From assembly GCA_032718475.1 (NCBI GenBank), contig JAUCBJ010004498.1:1-64000 (forward strand): 64,000 nucleotides of DNA. The letters are read 5' to 3'. The translations under genes and the position numbers were made by a program. Of the stretch, positions 38,561 to 50,800 are shown one piece after another. The stretch comes from Nemertoderma westbladi (Eukaryota > Animalia > Xenacoelomorpha). Within the stretch, counting starts at the first letter, position 1, and every line of letters starts with the position of its first letter. The notes beneath the pieces are model-generated. The model searched no databases. It saw nothing but the letters and a program-made list of their open reading frames with translations, and was not told the origin of the DNA.

Positions 38561-38689
38561 CATAGTCGCCACTTTACTATGCCTTACTTGTGTTGGTTGT
38601 CAGAAATGTAGATCTGATGCACCTCGTGTTTGCTTCTCCCACTGAGTCGTATTCTGTGACAACGGAGGGTGGTTGATACACAGGTGATA

Positions 38690-39380
38690 TTGTACTATAA
38701 ACCTCGGCGTTTGTTATGTGTTGTCTCCAGCTGATGTTTACGGCTGCCCTTAATGGTCTTGTATAGCAACCATCAATTCATTGTTCAAATGATTTTGCCA
38801 CTGTCCAGGTCTCACCCCAGTATAAAAGTAAATTTTCCACTGTGGCTCGAAAGAACTTAGTCTTCAGGTGCTGGAGAGATCTGATTTCCAGATGGTATCC
38901 ATTTTTGATAGAGCTACCCAAGCCGTTGCTTTCCTAACAACTTCTATGTCCTTTTTGCTACTCTCTATCCATGATCCAAGGTACTGGAGGTCATCGACCT
39001 TCCTTAGTTGATTATTATCAATGGTTGTCAAGTTTCCATCAACATTAAAGGTCATGAACTCGGTCTTGGTAGCATTTATATGCAATCCAACCTCCTTAGC
39101 AGCCCTCTCCACTTTATTTAGTAGAAGCTGTGCATCTGCTAGCGTATTAGAGAGCAGGGCGATGTCATCCACAAAGCCGGTGTCTGTGACTGTAGTTGCC
39201 GGATATCTACTACTATCTACTACGTTCTTGTAATGTCAATCCCAGATCTTATCCCTTTGTGCCGTCCTCACTGCATAATATGCGCCAATATGTCACCTTG
39301 CAGTACGCCCCAGGATTGAGAAGAACTCAGTTTCACCACCTGGTGAGAGTACTGTACCTGCGCTTCTGTGTCAATAGAAT
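38690..39380 (-). mobile_element. Fragment of a different RTE-clade LINE
   Basis: DDIALLSN...GLHINATKTEFM...YLGSWI; upstream DTEAQV/LSPGGETEFF. Confidence 0.85.
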
Positions 39381-40072
39381 GCAATAAAGTGAAGTACTAA
39401 AGCAAAGGGACCCAATCGCACCCACCCCCCTCCCCACCCACAAAAGGGATACATCTTTATTTATATTTAATTTTTGAAGAAAAAAAAATAAATATCAACA
39501 TAAATTATAAGAACTGTAACAATAAGCATGGGGGGTTCGAAAATAGTTTTATGCAAAATTGACGATAAATCAAAGTATTTATAAATAAATCGACGTACTG
39601 TATTTATGTAAACATAAGTGCATGGCAATGTTTGATCTTATATGACTAGAGTTATACAAACACAATTTTCCTGATTAAGCCACGTTTTCGTTTTAGCTGC
39701 ATATAACGGTATCTGGCTGCAAGTGCCGCTACCGTTGCCATAAATCCAACAATTCCTAGCAGCTGTAAACCGCTAGACAGAAATGTTAGCAGAAAAGCTG
39801 CGATTTTAGAAAGAATACCACCTTATCATATTTAGTATCAAACACCACATCTACTATCCCAGAGTGTGAATAAAATTGTACGTACGTTATAAGCTTGAAG
39901 ATTTAACTTGTACGTTTATTTTTTTTCGTGGAATGTTTCTCGTAAAAGTCCTCGTAATAATCTAATAAAAATAATCTAATAATATAATATATATAATATA
40001 ATATTATAATAACATTTTTCCTTTTCATTATTCATTTCAGTCAGACGACCTGTACAAGTTCAGGACACACAC

Positions 40073-41533
40073 ATGTTTGACTGCTACACGATCGCCTTAT
40101 TCGCTCTGGTATCTGTCGCTGTTTACAAATGGTTGACAAGGAAACATTTACCTCCATCGCCTCCAGGAATCCCTCTGCTTGGCAACGCAATATCAATGAG
40201 GAAACAAGGAATGGTTTATCAGTTCAAGAAGTGGTCGCGAAATATGAAATCCGACATCATTCGAGTAAAGATAGGACACGTAACTCTTATAGTCTTGAAC
40301 ACGGTGTCATGCATTACCGAGGCGTTTGTTGAGAATAAACACAAGTTCTCGAATCGACAACGTATCACTAAATTGTCAACCGGTGGAATTGTTCAAAATA
40401 GTGGGATCGGTTGGGTTCACCAGCGGAAATTCACAAACTCCGTACTGCGAGAGTTGGTTTTCAGGAGCAAGAACTTTAAAGATCGAATATATTGCGAAAC
40501 CCAGACCCTTTGTGAAGAAGTTCCAGTTTCGAACAAATTTGATCCGTTTACTCTATTCACAAAGGCAGTTTCCAATGTTATTTGTTCTATTGTATTTCTG
40601 GAACGATTTGAATACAACGATAAGAAATTCGAGGATCTCTTAAATCGAATAAATTATATAATTCGAAATGTGTCTCCTGGGATTGGGGCTCTGATTCCTC
40701 GAAGCTTTGCCTTGATGTTCCCAAACAGTTATCACAGTAGAATAAAACGATACATGCGACAACTAGAAACAAAGATACAAGAGCACATCGAGGAACACAG
40801 GGCGACTATTGATATTCAAGGGTCGCCGAGAGATTTCATTGATTCACATATCATGAAAGAGCATAATCTGATTATGGCTGAAAATGCGGCTGCAAAATAT
40901 TTCAATGATGCCAATCTCGTTTTAAATATTAGAGATCTATTCATGGCTGGAACAGAAACGACAGCATCTAGTCTTTATTGGTTTATATTGATAATGGCTA
41001 CTTATCCCGACATACAGAAGAAATGTCAACGACTTCTAGATGAAGCTGTTGGAAGGGACAGGATGCCGTTGTGTGACGACGTTATTAAGATCCCCTATTT
41101 TGATGCGTGTTTGTTTGAAACCCTGCGTTTCGCGTCTGTAGTACCACAGAGCATCGGGCATTGTTGTTACAAGGATGAAGAGATTGGTGGATACACTATT
41201 CCTCAAAATGTTATGATAATTGCCAACATCTGGGCGACTTTGAGAGACCCACAAGTGTGGAAAAAACCAGACGAATTTTACCCGGAACATTTCATGTCCG
41301 ACGACGGAAACAGTTTAGTAATCAAACCGGAATTTATTCCTTTCGGAATAGGGCCTCGAATTTGTTTGGGAGAGAAACTCGCGAAGATGGAGTTAAGAAT
41401 AATGGCGAGTCATCTGTTACACCGGTTCAGTTGGATTGTTACGGATGACGGCTTACCAAGTTTAACTGACATACAACCTGGATTTACTTTCCTTCCTAAA
41501 CAGTACAACATTAATGCAATATCGAGATTATAA
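40073..41533 (+). CDS. Cytochrome P450, CYP2 clan, intronless (copy C)
   Basis: 486 aa; PPSPPG, WVHQR, AGTETT, ETLR, PEHF, FGIGPRICLG. Confidence 0.96.
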   Translation: MFDCYTIALFALVSVAVYKWLTRKHLPPSPPGIPLLGNAISMRKQGMVYQFKKWSRNMKSDIIRVKIGHVTLIVLNTVSCITEAFVENKHKFSNRQRITKLSTGGIVQNSGIGWVHQRKFTNSVLRELVFRSKNFKDRIYCETQTLCEEVPVSNKFDPFTLFTKAVSNVICSIVFLERFEYNDKKFEDLLNRINYIIRNVSPGIGALIPRSFALMFPNSYHSRIKRYMRQLETKIQEHIEEHRATIDIQGSPRDFIDSHIMKEHNLIMAENAAAKYFNDANLVLNIRDLFMAGTETTASSLYWFILIMATYPDIQKKCQRLLDEAVGRDRMPLCDDVIKIPYFDACLFETLRFASVVPQSIGHCCYKDEEIGGYTIPQNVMIIANIWATLRDPQVWKKPDEFYPEHFMSDDGNSLVIKPEFIPFGIGPRICLGEKLAKMELRIMASHLLHRFSWIVTDDGLPSLTDIQPGFTFLPKQYNINAISRL

Positions 41534-42649
41534 CCTGCTACAGTAAGTCGCCATGACCTGCTTCTAAATCAGTTTTAAAGCGGAAACAGATATTGTACGC
41601 AATTTACGAGTCGAGCATTAATAAAATAACTACAACCCCGTAAAACTAACGGAAGTCTAATTACTTTTACAAGGTGTCACTGAAGCTGTGAAGCGCGCTG
41701 GCTTGAAAGCTAGAAGTCGAGGGTTCAAATTCAATCAGCAGTGTTAGATTTTTATAATATTTTTATCGTCTGCACCAACAAATGCTTGATTATACAAATA
41801 AAATAACGGCGATTCATCCCAAAATGTTTACCTTTCGAATATAAAGTGATACGTACTAAAATGCGGAAACACCTGTAAACACCGAAAAACAGCTACAGTA
41901 GTTTAGGGGCAGAAAAATCTAGAAACACCGAGATTTAAGGCAAGAACTATTTAGATACACCCTGTCCAGATAAATATTATTGAGGCAGAAAACATACGTG
42001 CTGTAAATTTGTTTGGCGAAAATTCGATATTAAATATCATAATTATTGAAATATATGAGCGCTGGTATGAGGACGGTGTGCCATTCAATGATTCAAGGCT
42101 ATACCGTTTGTGTTTTGGTGTTTCCGATTTTTAGTACTGTATGTATACCCTTACCTAAAAGAAAACTACAAACACCTAACCCTAACACCAACACCAACAC
42201 CAATATGCCCCTATCTGATGTAGGAGGTAAAAAAGAAGGAAATATGTGTTGTATAATTAACAGTAAATATAATTCGCTTCTAATTTTTGTCAGGAAAATT
42301 CACGACGCAAAATAAATTCCTTTGGGGTGATTATTTTTACTATTATTGAGTTTCAAGACATACTGTACTCTGTTGATATTATTTCAATATATTAAGCTAC
42401 AGTTTTACAAGGTCATTGAACAAGGTTTAATTAATAGTATAACAATATGAATTTGCGGTGAACTTTGTCAGCTACAGCAACTAACCAGCAAGGTGATGAT
42501 CATGCTATGATCAAGAAATGTGGTTGCAGTTTAAGGCAATCGAGTTATGTGGTGTGACTATTTGTGGCTTTATTTGTGACTATTAAACCCAAACCGTACT
42601 TGTTTCCCGCAATAATTTTTATTGTCCGTTTAAATCACTCATGCTGTCA

Positions 42650-42848
42650 TTTTTTTTTACTTTTTATGTCCTCCAGAAATTTACAGTTAGGTTCCACGCT
42701 ACCGGTTTCTCTACTGCTGTTCTCTCAGGCTATCAGTACCGGTATTAGTTATTTTTACTTTTTATGTCCTCCAGAAATTTATCGTTAGGTTCCATTCTAC
42801 CGGTTTCTCTACTGCTGTTCTCTCAGGCTATCAGTACCGGTATTAGTA
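42650..42848. repeat. ~105-bp tandem duplication
   Basis: ttttactttttatgtcctccagaaattta...caggctatcagtaccggtattagt occurs twice. Confidence 0.85.
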
Positions 42849-42999
42849 TATAGAGCACTATTTTGCAGTATTGCTGTATTGTATGTACAGATGTAGGAAT
42901 AAAGCAGGTATTTTAGTACCGGTACCGGCACCGGCACTGCTGTAGACCTACTGTGTAGCCTACCATTTAAATACGGCAATGGTAGGCCTACCGGCTGAC

Positions 43000-43272
43000 C
43001 GGTTGTTTTGGTTAGAAAATCCCGCCTCTGTAACCTGCTCCTTTCCCTGATTTGGTAAAGTGACCGTTTATTGTTTTGGTTAGAAAGGCCCGCCTCTGTA
43101 ACCTGCTCCTTTCCCTGATTTGGTAAAGTGACCGTTTATTGTTTTGGTTAGAAAGGCTAGCCTCTGTAACCTGCTCCTTTCCTTCATTTGGTAAAGTGAC
43201 TGTTTATTGTTTTGGTTAGAAAATCCGGCCTTAACCTGCTCCTTTCCATCAATTGGTAATTGTTTTTGGCTA
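43000..43272. repeat. ~67-bp tandem repeat x4, related to a dispersed repeat
   Basis: ttgttttggttagaaa...tgtaacctgctcctttcc...ttggtaa; similar segments near 18945 and 20500 and (inverted) near 220. Confidence 0.8.
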
Positions 43273-43769
43273 TAAAATGAGTGTTTTGCTACGTCATGTG
43301 GTAATCGATTATCGACAACAACCACAAACTATTAAATTTAGAGTCTTTTACCATAGGCACATATGGAAATCTATCTCATAGTCTATAAATCATGGAATTT
43401 TGAATGTTTTGGCACAGGCATAGTGAAACCAACAGTTCAACAGACCAGAAATCAACAAATTTTGAATGTTTTGGCATAGGCATGTTGAAATCAACTGTCT
43501 GACAGTCCAGAAATCAGCAGTCTGACAGTTTGAAGAAATACATACATAAAAACTCATTAAAGGACAACAAAAGTCATTATGCACAATTCGTAAAAAAGGA
43601 GGACAAAAAAGTCAAATAAAAGGACATAAAAAATCACTCCCTTTTCCTGTAGCAGATACAATCTTAGAATCAGTTATTGCCAAAGTTATCTGTAGTAAAA
43701 CAATCAATACAGCAATAGCAATAGGTAGGAAGTACATTATTCATTCAACCACAAAGGACTTCATTAAAA

Positions 43770-45242
43770 ATGATCGATTTGATTTCTGTTCTAATATTTA
43801 TTTTATCTTTTGGTGCGGTTTATTACTATTGGAGCTTCCAAACATGGAAGAATCTCCCCCCATCGCCACCCGGTCACCCCATCCTTGGCAACGCCTTGTC
43901 AATGAAGAAAACTGGAATGACGTCACGGTATAAGAAATGGTCATCGCAACTCTTATCTGACGTCATCACCGTGAAACTTTTCAACTCGAGATTCGTATGG
44001 CTCAACACGTTTTCCTCGATCTCTGAAGCTTTCGTCGATAATAAAGCGGTATTCTCTGATCGTCCGCGCCTGTACAGTCCCCCTACTGGCGCGTTAGGAC
44101 TCCTACAGAGTAGCGGATCCACGTGGATTCACCAACGTAAGTTCTCGCAGGCGATACTCCGACAATTCGGATTGGGAACCAAAACATTCGAGGATAAAAT
44201 ATCCCTGGAAGCCGAAATGTTATGCGAATCAATTAGGGAGAAAGACAACTTCGATCCGTACGAACTTGTAACTAAAGCAACCGCGAACGTTATATGTTCC
44301 ATCGTGTTCGAAGATCGACTCGATTACGAGGATGAAACATTCCAGGATCTCATCGACGGTGTTACCAAGGTGATGCGTAACCATGTGCCGGGGTTGGGCG
44401 CTCTCATCCCTATGGCGATAGGGGTACGGGTTCCCGGTACTCATCACCACTTAGTCTATCAGTCGATGCGGGAGCTGGAAGCACAGCTCCTGAAACACAT
44501 CTCCGATCACAGAGCAACGATAGACTACGCCGGAGCGCCCAGGGACTTTATCGATGCCCATCTCATGAAGGAACATGAACTCAAGGCTGCTAAATATTCG
44601 CACGCATTGTATTTCAACGACGATCACTTAGTAATGAACATACGGGATCTCTTTATCGCAGGTTCAGAAACAACAGCCTCTAGTCTTTATTGGTTTATAT
44701 TGATAATGGCTACTTATCCCGTCATACAGAAGGAATGTCAACGACTTCTAGATGAAGCTGTTGGAAGGGACCGGATGCCAAAATTGAATGATGTTATTAA
44801 GATACCCTATCTGGATGCATGTTTGTTTGAGACACTGCGTTTCGGATCGATACTACCTCAGGCTGGACATTCAACTTCTCAGGATACGAAGTTAAGAGGT
44901 TGGGATTTTCCCCGCGGGATATTGGTTTGGGCTAATATCTGGGCGATTTTGAGAGACCCGCAAACCTGGAAAAAACCTGACGAATTTTACCCGGAACATT
45001 TCCTTTCCGACGACGGAAACAGTTTAATAATGAAACCGGAATTTATTCCTTTCGGGATCGGGCCTCGAATTTGTTTGGGAGAGAAACTCGCAAAGATGGA
45101 GTTAAGGATAATGGCAAGTCATCTGTTACACCGGTTCTGTTTTGAGGCGACAGAAGAAGGTCTCCCGAGTCTCGACGAAGTTCAACCGGGATTTTCCCGT
45201 CAACCAAAACCATATAAAATACGAGCGACATCACGAAACTGA
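43770..45242 (+). CDS. Cytochrome P450, CYP2 clan, intronless (copy D, most divergent)
   Basis: 490 aa; PPSPPG, WIHQR, AGSETT, ETLR, PEHF, FGIGPRICLG. Confidence 0.96.
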   Translation: MIDLISVLIFILSFGAVYYYWSFQTWKNLPPSPPGHPILGNALSMKKTGMTSRYKKWSSQLLSDVITVKLFNSRFVWLNTFSSISEAFVDNKAVFSDRPRLYSPPTGALGLLQSSGSTWIHQRKFSQAILRQFGLGTKTFEDKISLEAEMLCESIREKDNFDPYELVTKATANVICSIVFEDRLDYEDETFQDLIDGVTKVMRNHVPGLGALIPMAIGVRVPGTHHHLVYQSMRELEAQLLKHISDHRATIDYAGAPRDFIDAHLMKEHELKAAKYSHALYFNDDHLVMNIRDLFIAGSETTASSLYWFILIMATYPVIQKECQRLLDEAVGRDRMPKLNDVIKIPYLDACLFETLRFGSILPQAGHSTSQDTKLRGWDFPRGILVWANIWAILRDPQTWKKPDEFYPEHFLSDDGNSLIMKPEFIPFGIGPRICLGEKLAKMELRIMASHLLHRFCFEATEEGLPSLDEVQPGFSRQPKPYKIRATSRN

Positions 45243-45951
45243 AAATAACTTACTATTTTTTAAATCTAAAATTACGTTGTATATAATTTATGATGCGATA
45301 ATAATGTGAATGCCATTTGTAATTCTTATACAATAATGATTCCTTAATTTATTTAAATATTTAGTATTTACTTTAAGAATTGTAATATATCACTTTTCAA
45401 GATTACATTACCAATCATTTTAAAATAAGATTAGCGAGGCTTGTTGAGAGTTGGGACTAACATTATAATCTTCCAAATAATAGATTATGTAATGGAATAC
45501 GTAATTTTAATTCCCGCGTGCCGAATTGTAAGTAATGTATTAATTTTACTGTATTAATAAAAAAACACCAGTTCTATAAATTTCATAAAATATCGTCGTT
45601 ATCTTTCAATAAGGTGGGGGGGGGGGGGGGGTTTCTCGAATATAAAAAAAGGGCTCAAAACCAAAAAATGAAATATAAATTTGTTTATTATTTTGGTTAT
45701 AAACATTGTAACATCCCATAACATAACAACCCCCCCCCCCCCCCCAAGCCCTCCCTCTTACTTACTTTTTCATGGTATTGATATTAAATTATATTTGTAT
45801 GTATATGGCGCATATTTTTGTAATAATATTGGCAGCCAAAACAAAAAGGTTCTTTCGCAGTGCGTCACATGGAACCGATTGCAATCCGGTTTACATTAAC
45901 TCAGCTACTAATTCGTATCATATACCACCGGTTCCCATAGGAACAGAGGGG

Positions 45952-47492
45952 GTAGAAACATAGTTGCGAGATAGTCTCTGTTTAGGATCCGTAGAAACAT
46001 AGTTCCGAGATAGTCACTGTTTAGGATCCGTAGAAACATAGTTCCGAGATAGTCACTGTTTAGGATCCGTAGAAACATAGTTCCGAGATAGTCACTGTTT
46101 AGGATCCGTAGAAACATAGTTCCGAGATAGTCACTGTTTAGGATCCGTAGAAACATAGTTCCGAGATAGTCACTGTTTAGGATCCGTAGAAACATAGTTC
46201 CGAGATAGTCACTGTTTAGGATCCGTAGAAACATAGTTCCGAGATAGTCACTGTTTAGGATCCGTAGAAACATAGTTCCGAGATAGTCACTGTTTAGGAT
46301 CCGTAGAAACATAGTTCCGAGATAGTCACTGTTTAGGATCCGTAGAAACATAGTTCCGAGATAGTCACTGTTTAGGATCCGTAGAAACATAGTTCCGAGA
46401 TAGTCACTGTTTAGGATCCGTAGAAACATAGTTCCGAGATAGTCACTGTTTAGGATCCGTAGAAACATAGTTCCGAGATAGTCACTGTTTAGGATCCGTA
46501 GAAACATAGTTCCGAGATAGTCACTGTTTAGGATCCGTAGAAACATAGTTCCGAGATAGTCACTGTTTAGGATCCGTAGAAACATAGTTCCGAGATAGTC
46601 ACTGTTTAGGATCCGTAGAAACATAGTTCCGAGATAGTCACTGTTTAGGATCCGTAGAAACATAGTTCCGAGATAGTCACTGTTTAGGATCCGTAGAAAC
46701 ATAGTCCTGAGATAGTCACTGTGTAGGATCCGTAGAAACATAGTTCCGAGATAGTCACTGTTTAGGATCCGTAGAAACATAGTTCCGAGATAGTCACTGT
46801 TTAGGATCCGTAGAAACATAGTTTCGAGATAGTCACTGTTTAGGATCCGTAGAAACATAGTTCCGAGATAGTCACTGTTTAGGATCCGTAGAAACATAGT
46901 TCCGAGATAGTCACTGTTTAGGATCCGTAGAAACATAGTTCCGAGATAGTCACTGTTTAGGATCCGTAGAAACATAGTTCCGAGATAGTCACTGTTTAGG
47001 ATCCGTAGAAACATAGTCCCGAGATAGTCACTGTTTAGGATCCGTAGAAACATAGTTCCGAGATAGTCACTGTTTAGGATCCGTAGAAACATAGTTCCGA
47101 GATAGTCACTGTTTAGGATCCGTAGAAACATAGTTCCGAGATAGTCACTGTTTAGGATCCGTAGAAACATAGTTCCGAGATAGTCACTGTTTAGGATCCG
47201 TAGAAACATAGTTCCGAGATAGTCACTGTTTAGAATCCGTAGAAACATAGTCCCGAGATAGTCACTGTTTAGGATCCGTAGAAACATAGTTCCGAGATAG
47301 TCACTGTTTAGGATCCGTAGAAACATAGTTCCGAGATAGTCACTGTTTAGGATCCGTAGAAACATAGTTCCGAGATAGTCACTGTTTAGGATCCGTAGAA
47401 ACATAGTTCCGAGATAGTCACTGTTTAGGATCCGTAGAAACATAGTTCCGAGATAGTCACTGTTTAGGATCCGTAGAAACATAGTTCCGAGA
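45952..47492. repeat. 39-bp satellite (ccgtagaaacatagttccgagatagtcactgtttaggat), about 39 near-identical copies
   Basis: Read directly; GGATCC site across each unit junction; very few variants. Confidence 0.98.
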
Positions 47493-47814
47493 TTGTTTAA
47501 TTTAGACAGTACCAGTACTACAGTACATCCTACAAAATTGTGCTAAATTATTTCTCAATTATCTAATCACCATCAGAATGCTCCATTAATATTTACCCAT
47601 CTAAATACAGTAGGATCAAAGAGTGCACCACCGATTGTTGTCATTAAAGATCTATGATATGATCTATGCAAAAAAGGATTGTTCTCTGTGGAACAGAACA
47701 GGGTGATGACTTGTTTTCAATGGAAAATGAAATACAATGATCCAATGAAATACTGATCCATGGTAAAAGTATACTATCACTCGTTTTCCACCACTGACAC
47801 ATACAAGTATACCT

Positions 47815-50800
47815 ACTTGTTCTCCATGATACAGATTATTTACTCGTTATCCTTGACTCACTTGTTCTCAATGATACAGACTATTTACTCGTTCTCCTTG
47901 ACTCACTTGTTCTCCATGATACAGACTATTTACTCGTTATCCTTGACTCACTTGTTCTCCATGATACATACTATTTACTCGTTATCCTTGACTCACTTGT
48001 TCTCCATGATACAGACTATTTACTCGTTATCCTTGACTCACTTGTTCTCCATGATACAGACTATTTACTCGTTATCCTTGACTCACTTGTTCTCCATGAT
48101 ACTGACTATTTACTCGTTATCCTTGACTCACTTGTTCTCCATGATACAGACTATTTACTCGTTATCCTTGACTCACTTGTTCTCCATGATACAGACTATT
48201 TACTCGTTATCATTGACTCACTTGTTCTCAATGATACAGACTATTTACTCGTTATCCTTGACTCACTTGTTCTCCATGATACAGACTATTTACTCGTTAT
48301 CCTTGACTCACTTGTTCTCCATGATACATACTATACTCGTTATCCTTGACTCACTTGTTCTCAATGATACAGACTATTTACTCGTTATCCTTGACTCACT
48401 TGTTCTCCATGATACAGACTATTTACTCGTTATCCTTGACTCACTTGTTCTCCATGATACAGACTATTTACTCGTTATCCTTGACTCACTTGTTCTCCAT
48501 GATACAGACTATTTACTCGTTATCCTTGACTCACTTGTTCTCCATGATACAGACTATTTACTCGTTATCCTTGACTCACTTGTTCTCCATGATACAGACT
48601 ATTTACTCGTTATCCTTGACTCACTTGTTCTCCATGATACAGACTATTTACTCGTTATCCTTGACTCACTTGTTCTCCATGATACAGACTATTTACTCGT
48701 TATCCTTGACTCACTTGTTCTCCATGATACAGACTATTTACTCGTTATCCTTGACTCACTTGTTCTCCATGATACAGACTATTTACTCGTTATCCTTGAC
48801 TCACTTGTTCTCCATGATACAGACTATTTACTCGTTATCCTTGACTCACTTATTCTCCATGATACAGACTATTTACTCGTTATCCTTGACTCACTTGTTC
48901 TCCATGATACAGACTATTTACTCGTTATCCTTGACTCACTTGTTCTCCATGATAGAGATTATTTACTCGTTATCCTTGACTCACTTGTTCTCCATGATAC
49001 AGACTATTTACTCGTTATCCTTGACTCACTTGTTCTCCATGATACTGACTATTTACTCGTTATCCTTGACTCACTTGTTCTCCATGATACATACTATTTA
49101 CTCGTTATCCTTGACTCACTTGTTCTCCATGATACAGACTATTTACTCGTTATCCTTGACTCACTTGTTCTCCATGATACAGACTATTTACTCGTTATCC
49201 TTGACTCACTTGTTCTCCATGATACAGACTATTTACTCGTTATCCTTGACTCACTTGTTCTCCATGATACAGACTATTTACTCGTTATCCTTGACTCACT
49301 TGTTCTCCATGATACAGACTATTTACTCGTTATCCTTGACTCACTTGTTCTCCATGATACATACTATACTCGTTATCCTTGACTCACTTGTTCTCCATGA
49401 TACAGACTATTTACTCGTTATCCGTGACTCACTTGTTCTCCATGATACAGACTATTTACTCGTTATCCTTGACTCACTTGTTCTCCATGATACAGACTAT
49501 TTACTCGTTATCCTTGACTCACTTGTTCTCCATGATACATACTATACTCGTTATCCTTGACTCACTTGTTCTCAATGATACAGACTATTTACTCGTTATC
49601 CTTGACTCACTTGTTCTCCATGATACAGACTATTTACTCGTTATCCTTGACTAACTTGTTCTCCATGATACAGACTATTTACTCGTTATCCTTGACTCAC
49701 TTGTTCTCCATGATACATACTATACTCGTTATCCTTGACTCACTTGTTCTCCATGATACAGACTATTTACTCGTTATCCGTGACTCACTTGTTCTCCATG
49801 ATACAGACTATTTACTCGTTATCCTTGACTCACTTGTTCTCCATGATACATACTATACTCGTTATCCTTGACTCACTTGTTCTCAATGATACAGACTATT
49901 TACTCGTTATCCTTGACTCACTTGTTCTCCATGATACAGACTATTTACTCGTTATCCTTGACTCACTTGTTCTCCATGATACAGACTATTTACTCGTTAT
50001 CCTTGACTCACTTGTTCTCCATGATACAGACTATTTACTCGTTATCCTTGACTCACTTGTTCTCCATGATACAGACTATTTATTCGTTATCTTTGACTCA
50101 CTTGTTCTCAATGATACAGACTATTTACTCGTTATCCTTGACTCACTTGTTCTCCATGATACAGACTATTTACTCGTTATCCTTGACTCACTTGTTCTCA
50201 ATGATACAGACTATTTACTCGTTATCCTTGACTCACTTGTTCTCCATGATACAGACTATTTACTCGCTATACTTGACTCACTTATTCTCAATGATACAGA
50301 CTATTTACTCGTTATCCTTGACTCACTTGTTCTCCATGATACAGACTATTTACTCGTTATCCTTGACTCACTTGTTCTCAATGATACAGACTATTTACTC
50401 GTTATCCTTGACTCACTTGTTCTCCATTATACAGACTATTTACTCGTTATCCTTGACTCACTTGTTCTCCATGATACAGACTATTTACTCGTTATCCTTG
50501 ACTCACTTGTTCTCCATGATACAGACTATTTACTCGTTATCCTTGACTCACTTGTTCTCCATGATACAGAATATTTACTCGTTATCCTTGACTCACTTGT
50601 TCTCCATTATACAGACTATTTACTCGTTATCCTTGACTCACTTGTTCTCCATGATACAGACTATTTACTCGTTATCCTTGACTCACTTGTTCTCCATGAT
50701 ACAGACTATTTACTCGTTATCCTTGACTCACTTGTTCTCAATGATACAGACTATTTACTCGTTATCCTTGACTCACTTGTTCTCCATTATACAGACTATT

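Noticed and set aside
45908-47482. 524-aa ORF (MFLRILNSDYLGT)n
   Set aside because: Artefact of a 39-bp unit lacking a stop in one frame; no unique domain or gene context
47596-47686. Candidate next exon of the TPR gene (ttccacag|AGAAC...TGG|GTAAAT, minus strand)
   Set aside because: Its only open frame is incompatible with the phase-0 donor at 61170, and the peptide is not CHAT-like
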